Assembly: GCA_964434195.1 (NCBI GenBank)
Contig: CAYSUI010000002.1
Location: forward strand, 2,562 to 66,561
Direction of reading: 5' to 3'
Length of the DNA stretch: 64,000 nt
Source of the DNA: an uncultured Candidatus Saccharibacteria bacterium
GTDB taxonomy: Bacteria > Patescibacteriota > Doudnabacteria > UBA920
In this document: piece after piece, positions 18,574-28,302 of the stretch
Position numbering within the stretch: position 1 is the stretch's first letter
How the letters are laid out: the number at the start of each line of letters is the position of its first letter
Made by a program: the position numbers and the translations under genes
Notes under the pieces: model-generated
What the model was told of the DNA's origin: nothing
Database searches by the model: none
What the model saw: only the letters and a program-made list of their open reading frames with translations

Positions 18574-19662
18574 ATGGGAATTTTAGATAAAATAATTGAT
18601 CACAAACAGGCAGATCTTCTCCAAAAATTTGAACCAACTATAGCAGTTGGTAAGATTTTGGAAGGTTTAAAAGAACGCGAAAGGAAAATCCTGTCCGCAC
18701 GTTTTGGTCTTTTGAATTCTACAATTAAAACCTTGGAAGTTATCGGAAAAGAGCAGGGTCTCACAAGAGAAAGAGTAAGGCAGATTGAAAAGTCCCTCTT
18801 AAAATCCCTCAGATCTAGTCAAACAAACGACCAACACATTGTACTAAGTCGTGACTTGTTTGTTTCTGTTATAAGTGACCACGGTGGTATTATTGCCGAG
18901 GATTTACTCTTCGAATATTTAAGGTTGGATTCAGCGGATGATAAAAATTCAGTAATATTCATCCTTCACTTAATTCCAGATATTGAAAAACATGAATCAG
19001 ACGATCATATAGAAAAATCTTGGGCAATAAATAGTTTTAGTAGGGATGTATTACACAACTTCATTAAGCACGCAAAAGACCTACTTGAAACTCACTCTAA
19101 ACCACTAAAACCTGAGAATCTTATAGGTAAATTAGACGAGATTGGAATAATCAAGATTCACTTCACCGACCATAATCCTAAAATGCTTGAAAATTATCTC
19201 AGAACATCTAAAGTTATAAAAAGAAATGCATTCGGAGATTTTGGTTTAGTACATTGGAATGAAATACAACCAAAAGATGTAGGGGATAAGGCTTATTTAG
19301 TAATGAAGCATCACGGTAAACCAGAGCATTATACAACCATTACTGAGCTGATAAATAAGTATGCTTTCGATTCGAGAAAGGCATTTAAAGAAACCGTACA
19401 CAACGAATTAATTAAAGATAAAAGATTTATTCTAGTTGGTAGAGGTATATATGCCCTTTCAGAATGGGGATACACTCCAGGTGTTGTGTCTGATGTAATA
19501 AAAGAAATCCTGAAAGAAAAAGGCCAAGCAATGACCAGAGATCAAATAGTCGAAGAAGTCTTAAAGCGAAGGGTAGTTAAAAAGAATACAATCTTAGTAG
19601 GTCTTTCAAATAAGAAAATCTTCAAGAAAGTCGGTAAAAATCTCTACGCATTAGCAGAATAA
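18574..19662 (+). CDS. Sigma70 region-4 HTH plus HARE-HTH (RNAP delta-like) protein
   Basis: RFGL..TLEVIGKEQGLTRERVRQIE at the N-terminus; TVHNELIKDKRFILVGRGIYALSEW near the C-terminus. Confidence 0.8.
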   Translation: MGILDKIIDHKQADLLQKFEPTIAVGKILEGLKERERKILSARFGLLNSTIKTLEVIGKEQGLTRERVRQIEKSLLKSLRSSQTNDQHIVLSRDLFVSVISDHGGIIAEDLLFEYLRLDSADDKNSVIFILHLIPDIEKHESDDHIEKSWAINSFSRDVLHNFIKHAKDLLETHSKPLKPENLIGKLDEIGIIKIHFTDHNPKMLENYLRTSKVIKRNAFGDFGLVHWNEIQPKDVGDKAYLVMKHHGKPEHYTTITELINKYAFDSRKAFKETVHNELIKDKRFILVGRGIYALSEWGYTPGVVSDVIKEILKEKGQAMTRDQIVEEVLKRRVVKKNTILVGLSNKKIFKKVGKNLYALAE

Positions 19663-19757
19663 ATTCCGGCCTAATTATAGTCTAAGTAAAGTTAAGTTAT
19701 ACTAAGACCGGGAATTTCCCCGGTCTTTTCTAACTTTTTGATGTTATAATTATTCAT

Positions 19758-21071
19758 ATGAATCAAATTCCTCCATTCGATATCCCGTCGCTCTTCAGAT
19801 TTTTCTGGTTAGTGTTTACTCACGGTGGCTGGCTAGTCCTCACTGCAATAGGGCTGTACATGGCCTATTATCTTTATAAAAATGAAATACAACACCAATT
19901 CGTACATAGCCAAGAATGGGTATTTTTAAATGTAAAAGGACCTAAGGATAATTTAACCTCCACACTCGCTGTTGAACAAATCTTCCAACAACTACATGTC
20001 TTACACGTTGGTCTAACCTTCGCCCAGAAATATATCGAAGGTATGATTCAACTTTGGTATTCCTTCGAAATGATTTCTATGGGTGGAAAGATTTCCATGA
20101 TAATTAGAGTACCAAAATCCAAACAAAAATTTGTTGAATCTGCAATTTACTCAGAATATCCTGCGGCAGAAATTAGTGTAGTAGAGGATTACATGAAAGA
20201 TATTAATTACGATCCTGAAGAAAGCGATTTTGATCTTTTCGGTACCGAATTCAAACTCGGCGAAAAAACATATATCCCTATAAAAACTTATCGTGACTTT
20301 GAGCATCCAACCGCAGAAAATCCTATCATAGACCCACTAGCTCCAATTTTTGAAGGTCTTTCTAAAATAGAACCACATGAATTTTATGGTATTCAAATTA
20401 TAGCCCAACCAACACAAGACGAAGAATGGAAGCCGCAGGGTGAGAGGTATATTAAAGAGCTAACCGGAGAAGAAGTGCCACACGAGGCAACTATACTTGG
20501 TACTCTTTTAAAACCTTTCGATTGGTTTGCTCATTTTAGCTTTAAATCCATAATCACAGGTAGTGGTGGTCATGATGAAAAACCAGGAAAAAATCAGAAA
20601 AATGACTGGATGAGTATGACCGATATAGAAAAACTAAGAGTCAATTCTGCTCAAAGCAAGATGGGTAAGAGTGGGTATAAAGTAAAAATAAGACACTTGT
20701 ATATTGCTCCTAAAGATAAATTCGATAAAAATAAAAGATCTCATTTTATTGGAGCTTTTAGAAGTTTTGGGTCCGCACAGTCAAATAAGCTAAAACCAGA
20801 TGTGTCTAGAACCTGGACAGCAGTAGACTATATTATTAGTCCAGACTTAGAAAAACCTTATATGGATTGGATAGTAGACTATCGTAAGAGAATGATATTT
20901 AAGGGTTACAAAGATAGAGATATCCACATAGGTCTACCGGCGATGATTCTTAATTCTGAGGAATTAGCAACCTTATACCACTGGCCATTGTCAGTATCTA
21001 CAGCGATTACTCCTAGTGTTGAAAAAGTCGAAAGCAAAAAAGTTCAAGCTCCTTCAAATCTTCCTATTTAA
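19758..21071 (+). CDS. Membrane-anchored hypothetical protein, partner of the downstream ATPase
   Basis: N-terminal TM segment; YSFEM, AIYSEYP..EI..VEDY, ILNSEELATLYHWP; this arrangement is typical of CPR genomes. Confidence 0.7.
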   Translation: MNQIPPFDIPSLFRFFWLVFTHGGWLVLTAIGLYMAYYLYKNEIQHQFVHSQEWVFLNVKGPKDNLTSTLAVEQIFQQLHVLHVGLTFAQKYIEGMIQLWYSFEMISMGGKISMIIRVPKSKQKFVESAIYSEYPAAEISVVEDYMKDINYDPEESDFDLFGTEFKLGEKTYIPIKTYRDFEHPTAENPIIDPLAPIFEGLSKIEPHEFYGIQIIAQPTQDEEWKPQGERYIKELTGEEVPHEATILGTLLKPFDWFAHFSFKSIITGSGGHDEKPGKNQKNDWMSMTDIEKLRVNSAQSKMGKSGYKVKIRHLYIAPKDKFDKNKRSHFIGAFRSFGSAQSNKLKPDVSRTWTAVDYIISPDLEKPYMDWIVDYRKRMIFKGYKDRDIHIGLPAMILNSEELATLYHWPLSVSTAITPSVEKVESKKVQAPSNLPI

Positions 21072-21080
21072 AAACACAAT

Positions 21081-22823
21081 ATGAGTGAAAATTCAGAAAT
21101 AACATATTTTGGTAAAACCAATTTCAGAAATCGTGAAACGCCTTTTGGTATAAAGACCGATGACCGTAGAAGGCATATGTACCTAATCGGAAAAACAGGT
21201 ATGGGTAAAACTACCATGATGGAGAATATGGTTATCCAGGACATTAGAAACGGTCATGGTTTGTGTTTTATAGATCCTCACGGTGATTCTGTTGAGAAGA
21301 TTTTAAATTATATTCCAAATAATCGTATTAACGACGTTATCTATTTCAATCCGTCAGACCTAGAATACCCTACAGCGTTCAATATATTGGAAGCAGTAGA
21401 TAGCAAATACAAGCACCTTGTTGCATCAGGACTAATGGGTGTATTTACTAAAATTTGGGCCAATTTGTGGTCGGCTCGTATGGAGTACATACTTAACAAC
21501 ACGGTCCTCGCTCTTTTGGACAGTCCAGGAAATACCATGTTAGGTATTACAAGAATGTACGTAGATAAACGCTATAGAAAGAAAATAGTCGACAATATTA
21601 AAGATCCTATTGTAAAAGCTTTTTGGACTGATGAATTCGCAAACTATAACGAAAAATATCGAACAGAAGCAATTGCTCCAATTCAAAACAAAGTGGGTCA
21701 GTTCTTGTCTAGCGCTGTTATAAGAAATATTGTAGGTCAACCAAAATCTACTATAGATCTAAGAAGTATCATGGACGAGAAAAAAATTCTATTACTTGAC
21801 CTTTCTAAAGGTAAAGTAGGTGAAGATAACTCGGCACTTTTGGGAGCCATGATCATTACCAAATTACAGTTAGCTGCACTTTCTCGTGTAGATATCCCAG
21901 AAAAACAAAGAAATGATTTCTATTTATACGTCGACGAATTTCAAAATTTTGCGACGGACAGTTTTGCAACCATATTAAGCGAAGCTAGGAAATACAGATT
22001 AAATCTTATAGTCGGGCATCAGTACATTGGCCAGTTAGCACCAGATAAAAACAATACAAGAATTAGAGACGCTGTATTTGGAAACGTGGGAACTATGGTA
22101 GTTTTTAGGATAGGTGCTGCAGATGCTGAGTATTTAGAAACTGAATTTGATCCAGTTTTTACTCCTAATGACCTAGTTAGTTTGCCGAAGTATCAAGTTA
22201 TCTTAAAACTCATGATCGATGGTGTTGCCAGCGATCCATTCTCTGCTACAGGGCTTCCACCGAATGAATCTTACTATACAGGAAATGCCGAAAAAGTAAT
22301 TAAGGTCTCTAGAGAGCGTCATGCTAACCCGGTAGCTGAAGTAGAAGATAAAATTAGCAGATGGATGGGTGCTGAGTTCCATGAACAAACAGGTTTGCTA
22401 GTGGCCGAGGAATCACAAGCCCAATCGGAAGAAAGTACAGAGAGCGAATCGCCAAGGCCTATAGTAAAAATTAGGGAGCAGTCAGTACCTTCTGTAACTC
22501 AATTTAAGCCATTACCTGAGCGTATACCACCTCAGGGTAATAACTATGGTTCTCAACAAGCAGGTAGGTCATTTAGGCCACCCCAAGCTTCAAGGACAGA
22601 TAGAGCACCAAGACAACCTAAAGCCCCAGCCAGACAAGTTGCGCCACAGTCCAGACCTCTCACTCCACCTCCGCAAGCAAATAAACCATCACATCCTGTA
22701 TGGGATACAGTGGACGTTCTCAATGAAAAAAGAATTCAGAGTATTTTCGAACCAACAGCAGAAAAACCTGATAAAGCCAATGCTAATACATTAGAGCCAG
22801 GAGAAACAAAGACTTTTGAATAA
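21081..22823 (+). CDS. VirD4/TraD/HerA-like P-loop ATPase (T4SS DNA-binding domain)
   Basis: Walker A GKTGMGKT, IDPHGD, Walker B YVDEFQNF, LSEARKY; Pro/Gln/Arg-rich tail. Confidence 0.88.
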   Translation: MSENSEITYFGKTNFRNRETPFGIKTDDRRRHMYLIGKTGMGKTTMMENMVIQDIRNGHGLCFIDPHGDSVEKILNYIPNNRINDVIYFNPSDLEYPTAFNILEAVDSKYKHLVASGLMGVFTKIWANLWSARMEYILNNTVLALLDSPGNTMLGITRMYVDKRYRKKIVDNIKDPIVKAFWTDEFANYNEKYRTEAIAPIQNKVGQFLSSAVIRNIVGQPKSTIDLRSIMDEKKILLLDLSKGKVGEDNSALLGAMIITKLQLAALSRVDIPEKQRNDFYLYVDEFQNFATDSFATILSEARKYRLNLIVGHQYIGQLAPDKNNTRIRDAVFGNVGTMVVFRIGAADAEYLETEFDPVFTPNDLVSLPKYQVILKLMIDGVASDPFSATGLPPNESYYTGNAEKVIKVSRERHANPVAEVEDKISRWMGAEFHEQTGLLVAEESQAQSEESTESESPRPIVKIREQSVPSVTQFKPLPERIPPQGNNYGSQQAGRSFRPPQASRTDRAPRQPKAPARQVAPQSRPLTPPPQANKPSHPVWDTVDVLNEKRIQSIFEPTAEKPDKANANTLEPGETKTFE

Positions 22824-22855
22824 AAAAACACCCTCATAAATGAGGGTGTTTTTTT
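22822..22855. terminator. Bidirectional terminator
   Basis: A-run-CACCCTCAT/ATGAGGGTG-T-run between convergent genes. Confidence 0.85.
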
Positions 22856-23174
22856 AAAGCAATGTTTTTAGAGTTGCTTCAATTGTAGCTTTAGGTGCTG
22901 CACCTACTAATTCTGCTGCAAGCTTGCCATCCTTGAAAAATTTCATTGTTGGTATGCTCATTATATTGAATCTTTGAGATAATTCAGGGTTCTCATCAAC
23001 ATTCACTTTACCAACTTTCATTTTACCTTTATATTCTTCCGCTATCTCCATTATTAGGGGAGAAAGTACCTTACAAGGACCACACCATTCGGCCCAAAAA
23101 TCCACTAATACAGGAATCTCAGAATTAGTTACTTCTGAATCAAAATTTTCGGAGGTCAGAGTTATTTCGCTCAT
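22854..23174 (-). CDS. trxA: Thioredoxin
   Basis: VDFWAEWCGPCK, MSIPT. Confidence 0.97.
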   Translation of the reverse strand: MSEITLTSENFDSEVTNSEIPVLVDFWAEWCGPCKVLSPLIMEIAEEYKGKMKVGKVNVDENPELSQRFNIMSIPTMKFFKDGKLAAELVGAAPKATIEATLKTLL

Positions 23175-23273
23175 ATATTTTTTGTTTAATTAGCGTAAAA
23201 ATTTTACAACGTCTTTTTTGATCTTATCCACAGGAGGAATATTTGTCAATTAAAATCTCGTATAATTACTTTA

Positions 23274-24197
23274 ATGGGAAACAAACATAAAACCATCTCA
23301 AAAACTATCTTATTATTATCTTTATGTTTTTTTCAATTTACCCTTTTTCCCATACAAAACATAAAAAGTCCAAAGGTATTAGGGTTGCAATCTGGAGTTC
23401 TTTTGAGAGGGTTACCGAAATCGGACAATCTAAATTTCAATCCCACAGTACAAAAAGAAATAGATTTTAGCGGGATTGACGCAGGGTCTTTTATTGTTTT
23501 CGAACGACATACAGGAAAAATTATACTTGAGAAAAATACGCATCAAAAGCTTCCAATTGCGAGTATTACTAAACTTCTTACGGCTGACCTAGCGCTAAAA
23601 AATTTAGATCTAACAAAAACATACGAATTTAATAACAAAGATAAAATTAATGTTAGCCCTACGGCTGGTTTAATAGTAGGGGACATGTTATCCGGTCAAG
23701 ATTTGATCATTTCTATGCTAGTAGGATCAGCAAATGATTCTGCAAAAAAAATCGGTTCAATTCTTGAGGCTAAAAATAATCAAGCTATTGCAGATCAAAT
23801 GAACGCAAGAGCCATGGAGCTTGGTATGTCTGAGTCTCATTTTTCTAACCCAATGGGTTTTGATGACGAGCAAAATTATTCTACTGCCCAAGATGTATAT
23901 TTGCTCGTTAAAGAAAGCTTAGAGCATGGGCTATTTGATCTAATAGCCAGAAATAAAACCTATAAATTCAGCGGTATCAGAGGAAATTATTCAGTTAAAG
24001 CAACAAATAAGTTAATTTTCAGAGATTCTAATATTTTTACTGTTAAAACCGGAAATACTCCAGAGGCTTTGGGGGCAATGGTGAGCAGAAGCTTTATAAC
24101 AGGTAAAGACATTGTTTTCATTGTTTTAAAAAGTAAAAATAGAGAAGAAGATACCTTAAGGTTAAGGGAATTGGTAGTCAGAAGTTTTAACTGGTAA
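23274..24197 (+). CDS. D-alanyl-D-alanine carboxypeptidase (peptidase S11)
   Basis: ASITK (SxxK), SAN, KTG motifs; NPMGFD. Confidence 0.88.
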   Translation: MGNKHKTISKTILLLSLCFFQFTLFPIQNIKSPKVLGLQSGVLLRGLPKSDNLNFNPTVQKEIDFSGIDAGSFIVFERHTGKIILEKNTHQKLPIASITKLLTADLALKNLDLTKTYEFNNKDKINVSPTAGLIVGDMLSGQDLIISMLVGSANDSAKKIGSILEAKNNQAIADQMNARAMELGMSESHFSNPMGFDDEQNYSTAQDVYLLVKESLEHGLFDLIARNKTYKFSGIRGNYSVKATNKLIFRDSNIFTVKTGNTPEALGAMVSRSFITGKDIVFIVLKSKNREEDTLRLRELVVRSFNW

Positions 24198-24206
24198 AAT
24201 AATAAT

Positions 24207-25280
24207 ATGCCAGTCAATACCGAGTTACTAAAAATCTTTATTCTTAGCATAGTTGGTTTTTCTCTCTCTTTCGCCCTCACGCCAATACTTACAGGCTTTT
24301 TATACAGGAATAAGCTAGGGAAACAAATCCGTAGTGATGGATCTACCCCTATTTTTAGTAGACTCCACGCCCAAAAAAAAGGCACCCCTACAATGGGTGG
24401 GGTTCTAATATGGGGAACCGCTTTATTGGTACCTATAATTTTCTGGTTTCTAGACAGAATAATTGGAATTTCCAGTTTAAGACTCTTTAATTTCGACATA
24501 GATCTCTTTCACGGATTAAATATTCTAACTAGAAAGGAAACCTGGCTACCATTGGGGGCATTAATAGGTTCTAGTTTAGTTGGGCTGGTAGACGATTTCT
24601 TGGATGCTCGCAGTTTGGGATACAAAGGAAGAGGTATAAGATTTAGATATAAATTTTTCCTATACGCTATAGTCGCAAGTATTGGTGCCTGGTGGTTTTA
24701 TAGTAAGTTAGGATTCGATAGTATCCATATTCCTTTCTCAGGAGATTTCCGTATTGGATTTTTATATGTAATATTTTTTGTCCTAATTGTAACTGGCACT
24801 AGCTTTGCTGTTAATCAGACAGATGGTTTAGATGGATTAGCAGGTGGTACTCTTCTTGTTTCTTTTCTTTCTTATGGACTAATAGCATTTAGCCAAGGAA
24901 AATATAATTTAACTGCTTTAATTGGTATTATTTTCGGCGCGTTGCTCACTTTCTTATGGTTTAATATCTACCCCGCTAGGTTCTTCATGGGAGATACCGG
25001 GTCAATGGGGTTGGGGGTATTTCTAGCCATTCTGGCTTTTTTAACCAATACAGTTTTCCTGTTACCTTTTCTTGGATTCATTTTCCTCATAGAGGCACTT
25101 AGTTATTTCGCGCAGATTATATGGAGAACACTTTTCAAAAAGAAACTACTACTCTCAGCGCCGATCCATCATCATTTTGAAGCGAAAGGTTGGGTAGAGA
25201 CTAAAGTTACTATGCGCTTTTGGATTATTTCTTGGGTGTTCGCTTTCATTGGTATAATTTTATATTTTTTAGATAAATAA
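24207..25280 (+). CDS. mraY: Phospho-MurNAc-pentapeptide transferase
   Basis: KKGTPTMGG, NQTDGLDGL, FMGDTGS, APIHHHFE. Confidence 0.96.
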   Translation: MPVNTELLKIFILSIVGFSLSFALTPILTGFLYRNKLGKQIRSDGSTPIFSRLHAQKKGTPTMGGVLIWGTALLVPIIFWFLDRIIGISSLRLFNFDIDLFHGLNILTRKETWLPLGALIGSSLVGLVDDFLDARSLGYKGRGIRFRYKFFLYAIVASIGAWWFYSKLGFDSIHIPFSGDFRIGFLYVIFFVLIVTGTSFAVNQTDGLDGLAGGTLLVSFLSYGLIAFSQGKYNLTALIGIIFGALLTFLWFNIYPARFFMGDTGSMGLGVFLAILAFLTNTVFLLPFLGFIFLIEALSYFAQIIWRTLFKKKLLLSAPIHHHFEAKGWVETKVTMRFWIISWVFAFIGIILYFLDK

Positions 25281-25285
25281 GATTT

Positions 25286-26863
25286 ATGTATTCAGTAATT
25301 ATAAAAAATGGAACAGTTATTGATGGCACTGGTAAACCTGGTGAAATTTTAGATGTAGCATTAGAAGGAGATCAGATCGTCGCTATAGATAAAAATTTAC
25401 CAGAAAAAGCTAAGCAAATTATCGATGCCACAGGGTTAGTTATAACTCCTGGTTTTATAGATATTCAAAATCACAGTGATACTTATTGGTCTTTATTCGA
25501 CACACCTAATCTAGAAAGCATAGTAACTCAAGGGTTTACGACTATACTGGTAGGTCAGTGTGGAGCTAGTCTTGCACCATTACTATCTCCCGAATCTTTA
25601 CTTGCTATCCGTAAGTGGCACTCTGTTGCCGGTATGAATATCAATTGGTCTACATTTTCAGAATATATAGAGGAATTAAGTAGATCCAGGTTCGGCTGTA
25701 ACATAGCTACGTTAGTGGGTTATGGAACTTTAAGAAGAGGACTCATAGGGGATGAAATAAGAGGTCTAGAAAATAGTGAAATAGAGAGCCTCAAAGCTCA
25801 ACTTGAAACCTGTTTAGATGCAGGCGCTTTTGGGCTTTCCAGTGGACTCTCATATTCACACGAGATGCACACCACCGAACTTGAATTGTTCGAATTGGTT
25901 AAATTGGTAGCAAGTAAAAATAAATTATTTTCTATTCACCTAAGAAACGAGTCTGCCGAAGTCATAGAAAGTGTAGAAGAGGCTATGGATATAGCCAAGC
26001 ATACTGGAGTAAATCTAAAAATTTCACATTTAAAAATAAGAAATCAAAAAAATTGGGCATTATCAGAAGATCTCATAAGTAGATTAGAATCAGCATTCCA
26101 CAAAGGTGTAAATGTAAATTTTGATGTTTATCCATACGATAGTATTTGGCAAGTAGTTTACAGTTATTTACCTAAGTGGAGTCAGGTAGGTGGTAGAGCT
26201 AGTTACTTAAAATCAATGCAAGACCCAAGCGATCGAAAGAAAATCCTTTCGGAGCTTTCTGAAATAAGTAATCAACTTTCCGAACTTATAGTCGCATCAA
26301 CTGAAAACCAATTAGGTATGGTTGGTAAGAAAGTTTCAGATATTGCAAAAAATACAGGCTTATCAGTAGAAGAAACATTCTTAGAGATAGTAAAAAATTC
26401 TGGTAGTGAAACTTTGGTTTTCGATAGTTGTATGGATAATAAGTTAGTTACTTCACTTCTGGATCATCCATTATCTATTGTTGCAACTGACGGAGCTGGT
26501 TTCAGTCCTAAGTTAAAATTTGGGCAAATAAGAGATAGATTAGTGCACCCAAGATGTTTTGGATCTGCGCCTAGGTATTTAAGAAAGATTTTAGATAGTA
26601 AGGGTTCACTAGAATCTGCTGTCTCTAAACTTACATCAGCACCTGCCGATAAAATGGGCCTTAAAAATAGAGGAAGGTTATTAGTAGGCAATTTCGCAGA
26701 TATAGTGATATTTGATCCAGCTAAAATTACTGATAAGGCTACTTTAATGAATCCTTTTCAAGAAAGTCAGGGTATAAGTTTTGTGTTTACAAACGGAAAA
26801 CTAACTATAGCTTCAGGTGAACTAACAGGTGATCTGTCCGGTTACGTACTTAGAAAGAATTAA
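25286..26863 (+). CDS. N-acyl-D-amino-acid deacylase-like amidohydrolase
   Basis: PGFIDIQNHSD, GQCG, IHLRNE, ISHLK, HPRCFG, ADIVIFD. Confidence 0.85.
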   Translation: MYSVIIKNGTVIDGTGKPGEILDVALEGDQIVAIDKNLPEKAKQIIDATGLVITPGFIDIQNHSDTYWSLFDTPNLESIVTQGFTTILVGQCGASLAPLLSPESLLAIRKWHSVAGMNINWSTFSEYIEELSRSRFGCNIATLVGYGTLRRGLIGDEIRGLENSEIESLKAQLETCLDAGAFGLSSGLSYSHEMHTTELELFELVKLVASKNKLFSIHLRNESAEVIESVEEAMDIAKHTGVNLKISHLKIRNQKNWALSEDLISRLESAFHKGVNVNFDVYPYDSIWQVVYSYLPKWSQVGGRASYLKSMQDPSDRKKILSELSEISNQLSELIVASTENQLGMVGKKVSDIAKNTGLSVEETFLEIVKNSGSETLVFDSCMDNKLVTSLLDHPLSIVATDGAGFSPKLKFGQIRDRLVHPRCFGSAPRYLRKILDSKGSLESAVSKLTSAPADKMGLKNRGRLLVGNFADIVIFDPAKITDKATLMNPFQESQGISFVFTNGKLTIASGELTGDLSGYVLRKN

Positions 26864-26874
26864 TTTAAATTTTT

Positions 26875-28302
26875 GTGGTCAAATTTAATTTCACAAACAA
26901 AAGAGTGGGTATATTAGGATTCGGTGAAGAAGGATTTTTCACCGCTCTTTTTTTGATCAAGCAAGGTGCAAAAATCACCATTCTAGATGAAAAAGTACTA
27001 GATATTTCAAAAAATGAACTAATAAAAAAACTAAAAAATAAATCTGTAGATTTTATATTTCACAAAAATGCTTTTCGTAATCTAACTAATTATGACTTTC
27101 TAATTAGAAGTCCAATTATTTCGGCATTAAGACCCGAAATAATTAATGCTAAAAAATCAGGAGTAACGGTAATTAGTCAAACCCAGATTTTTATTTCGGA
27201 ATGTCCCAGCACTATTGTTGGTGTTACTGGAACAAAAGGAAAAGGTACTGTAAGTACTCTGATTCACCAATTCCTAAAAAGATCCTCACCCCGCAAAGAC
27301 ATATCCAATGAGTTCTATCTTAAAAAAAATTCAAATATATTTTTAACTGGTAACATTGGAGGAAAAAATGCCCCTTTGGCTATATTACCTAAGCTTAAAA
27401 AAGAAGATATCGTTATTTTTGAGATGTCCAGTTTTCAATTAGAAGATCTTTCTCTATCGCCTAAGATAGCAGTTATACTTCAGATTTTCCCGGATCACCT
27501 AGATAGGCACGCATCAATGAAAGAATATGCATCAGCAAAGAACAATATAACCAAATTTCAAGCCAAAGATGACTTATTAATCATCGATATAGATAGCCCT
27601 GAAACCAAAAAAATATTCAAAAAATCCAAAACTAACAAAATAGTCATTTCAAAAAACGAATCTTTATCTCAACTAAAGATAGAAAATAATTGTTTATTTT
27701 TTTCGCCAGATAGCGATCAAAAGATTGAATTATTGAATTTAAAAAACACAAACCTCCTAGGTTTCCATAATTATATTAATATCGGAATTTCGGCAATTAC
27801 AGCTTATCTTTTAGGTGCAGAGCCTAAAAATTTCAATTCAGTTATTAAAGACTTTAAGGGTTTACCACACAGATTACAACTAGTAAGCATGACCAAAGGT
27901 ATTAAGTTTTACGATGATTCTATAGCAACTATACCCGATGCAAGCGCGGCAGCCATAAACTCTTTTCAGTCACCAATTATTTTAGTACTCGGAGGATTAG
28001 TAAAAAATATTAGTTACAAAAATCTCGCTAGAGTAATCAAAAAAAATTCTCATGTAAAATCAATAATAATTTTTGGATCTGGACAAGATAAAATATACCA
28101 GGAATTAGTCAATATGGGAGTAAAAACAAAAATCATCAAAGTAGGGAAAAGTATGGCTAAAATATTTGATAAAATTAAGTTATTAGCAGAACCAGGAGAC
28201 TCCATATTATTTAGTCCAGGAGCAGCATCTTTCGATATGTATCAAAATTATAAAAAAAGAGGAGAAGATTTCACTTCTTATGCCAAAGCTTTCAACAAAT
28301 AA
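26875..28302 (+). CDS. murD: UDP-MurNAc-L-Ala--D-glutamate ligase
   Basis: GTKGKGT, GNIG, EMSSFQL, PDHLDRH, SPGAASFDMY..Y..RG. Confidence 0.95.
   Translation: MVKFNFTNKRVGILGFGEEGFFTALFLIKQGAKITILDEKVLDISKNELIKKLKNKSVDFIFHKNAFRNLTNYDFLIRSPIISALRPEIINAKKSGVTVISQTQIFISECPSTIVGVTGTKGKGTVSTLIHQFLKRSSPRKDISNEFYLKKNSNIFLTGNIGGKNAPLAILPKLKKEDIVIFEMSSFQLEDLSLSPKIAVILQIFPDHLDRHASMKEYASAKNNITKFQAKDDLLIIDIDSPETKKIFKKSKTNKIVISKNESLSQLKIENNCLFFSPDSDQKIELLNLKNTNLLGFHNYINIGISAITAYLLGAEPKNFNSVIKDFKGLPHRLQLVSMTKGIKFYDDSIATIPDASAAAINSFQSPIILVLGGLVKNISYKNLARVIKKNSHVKSIIIFGSGQDKIYQELVNMGVKTKIIKVGKSMAKIFDKIKLLAEPGDSILFSPGAASFDMYQNYKKRGEDFTSYAKAFNK

Noticed and set aside
6737-24499. Antisense ORFs within core genes (e.g. 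6737-7039, 9199-9768, 17134-17463, 23987-24499)
   Set aside because: Shadows of well-supported + strand genes with no independent motifs
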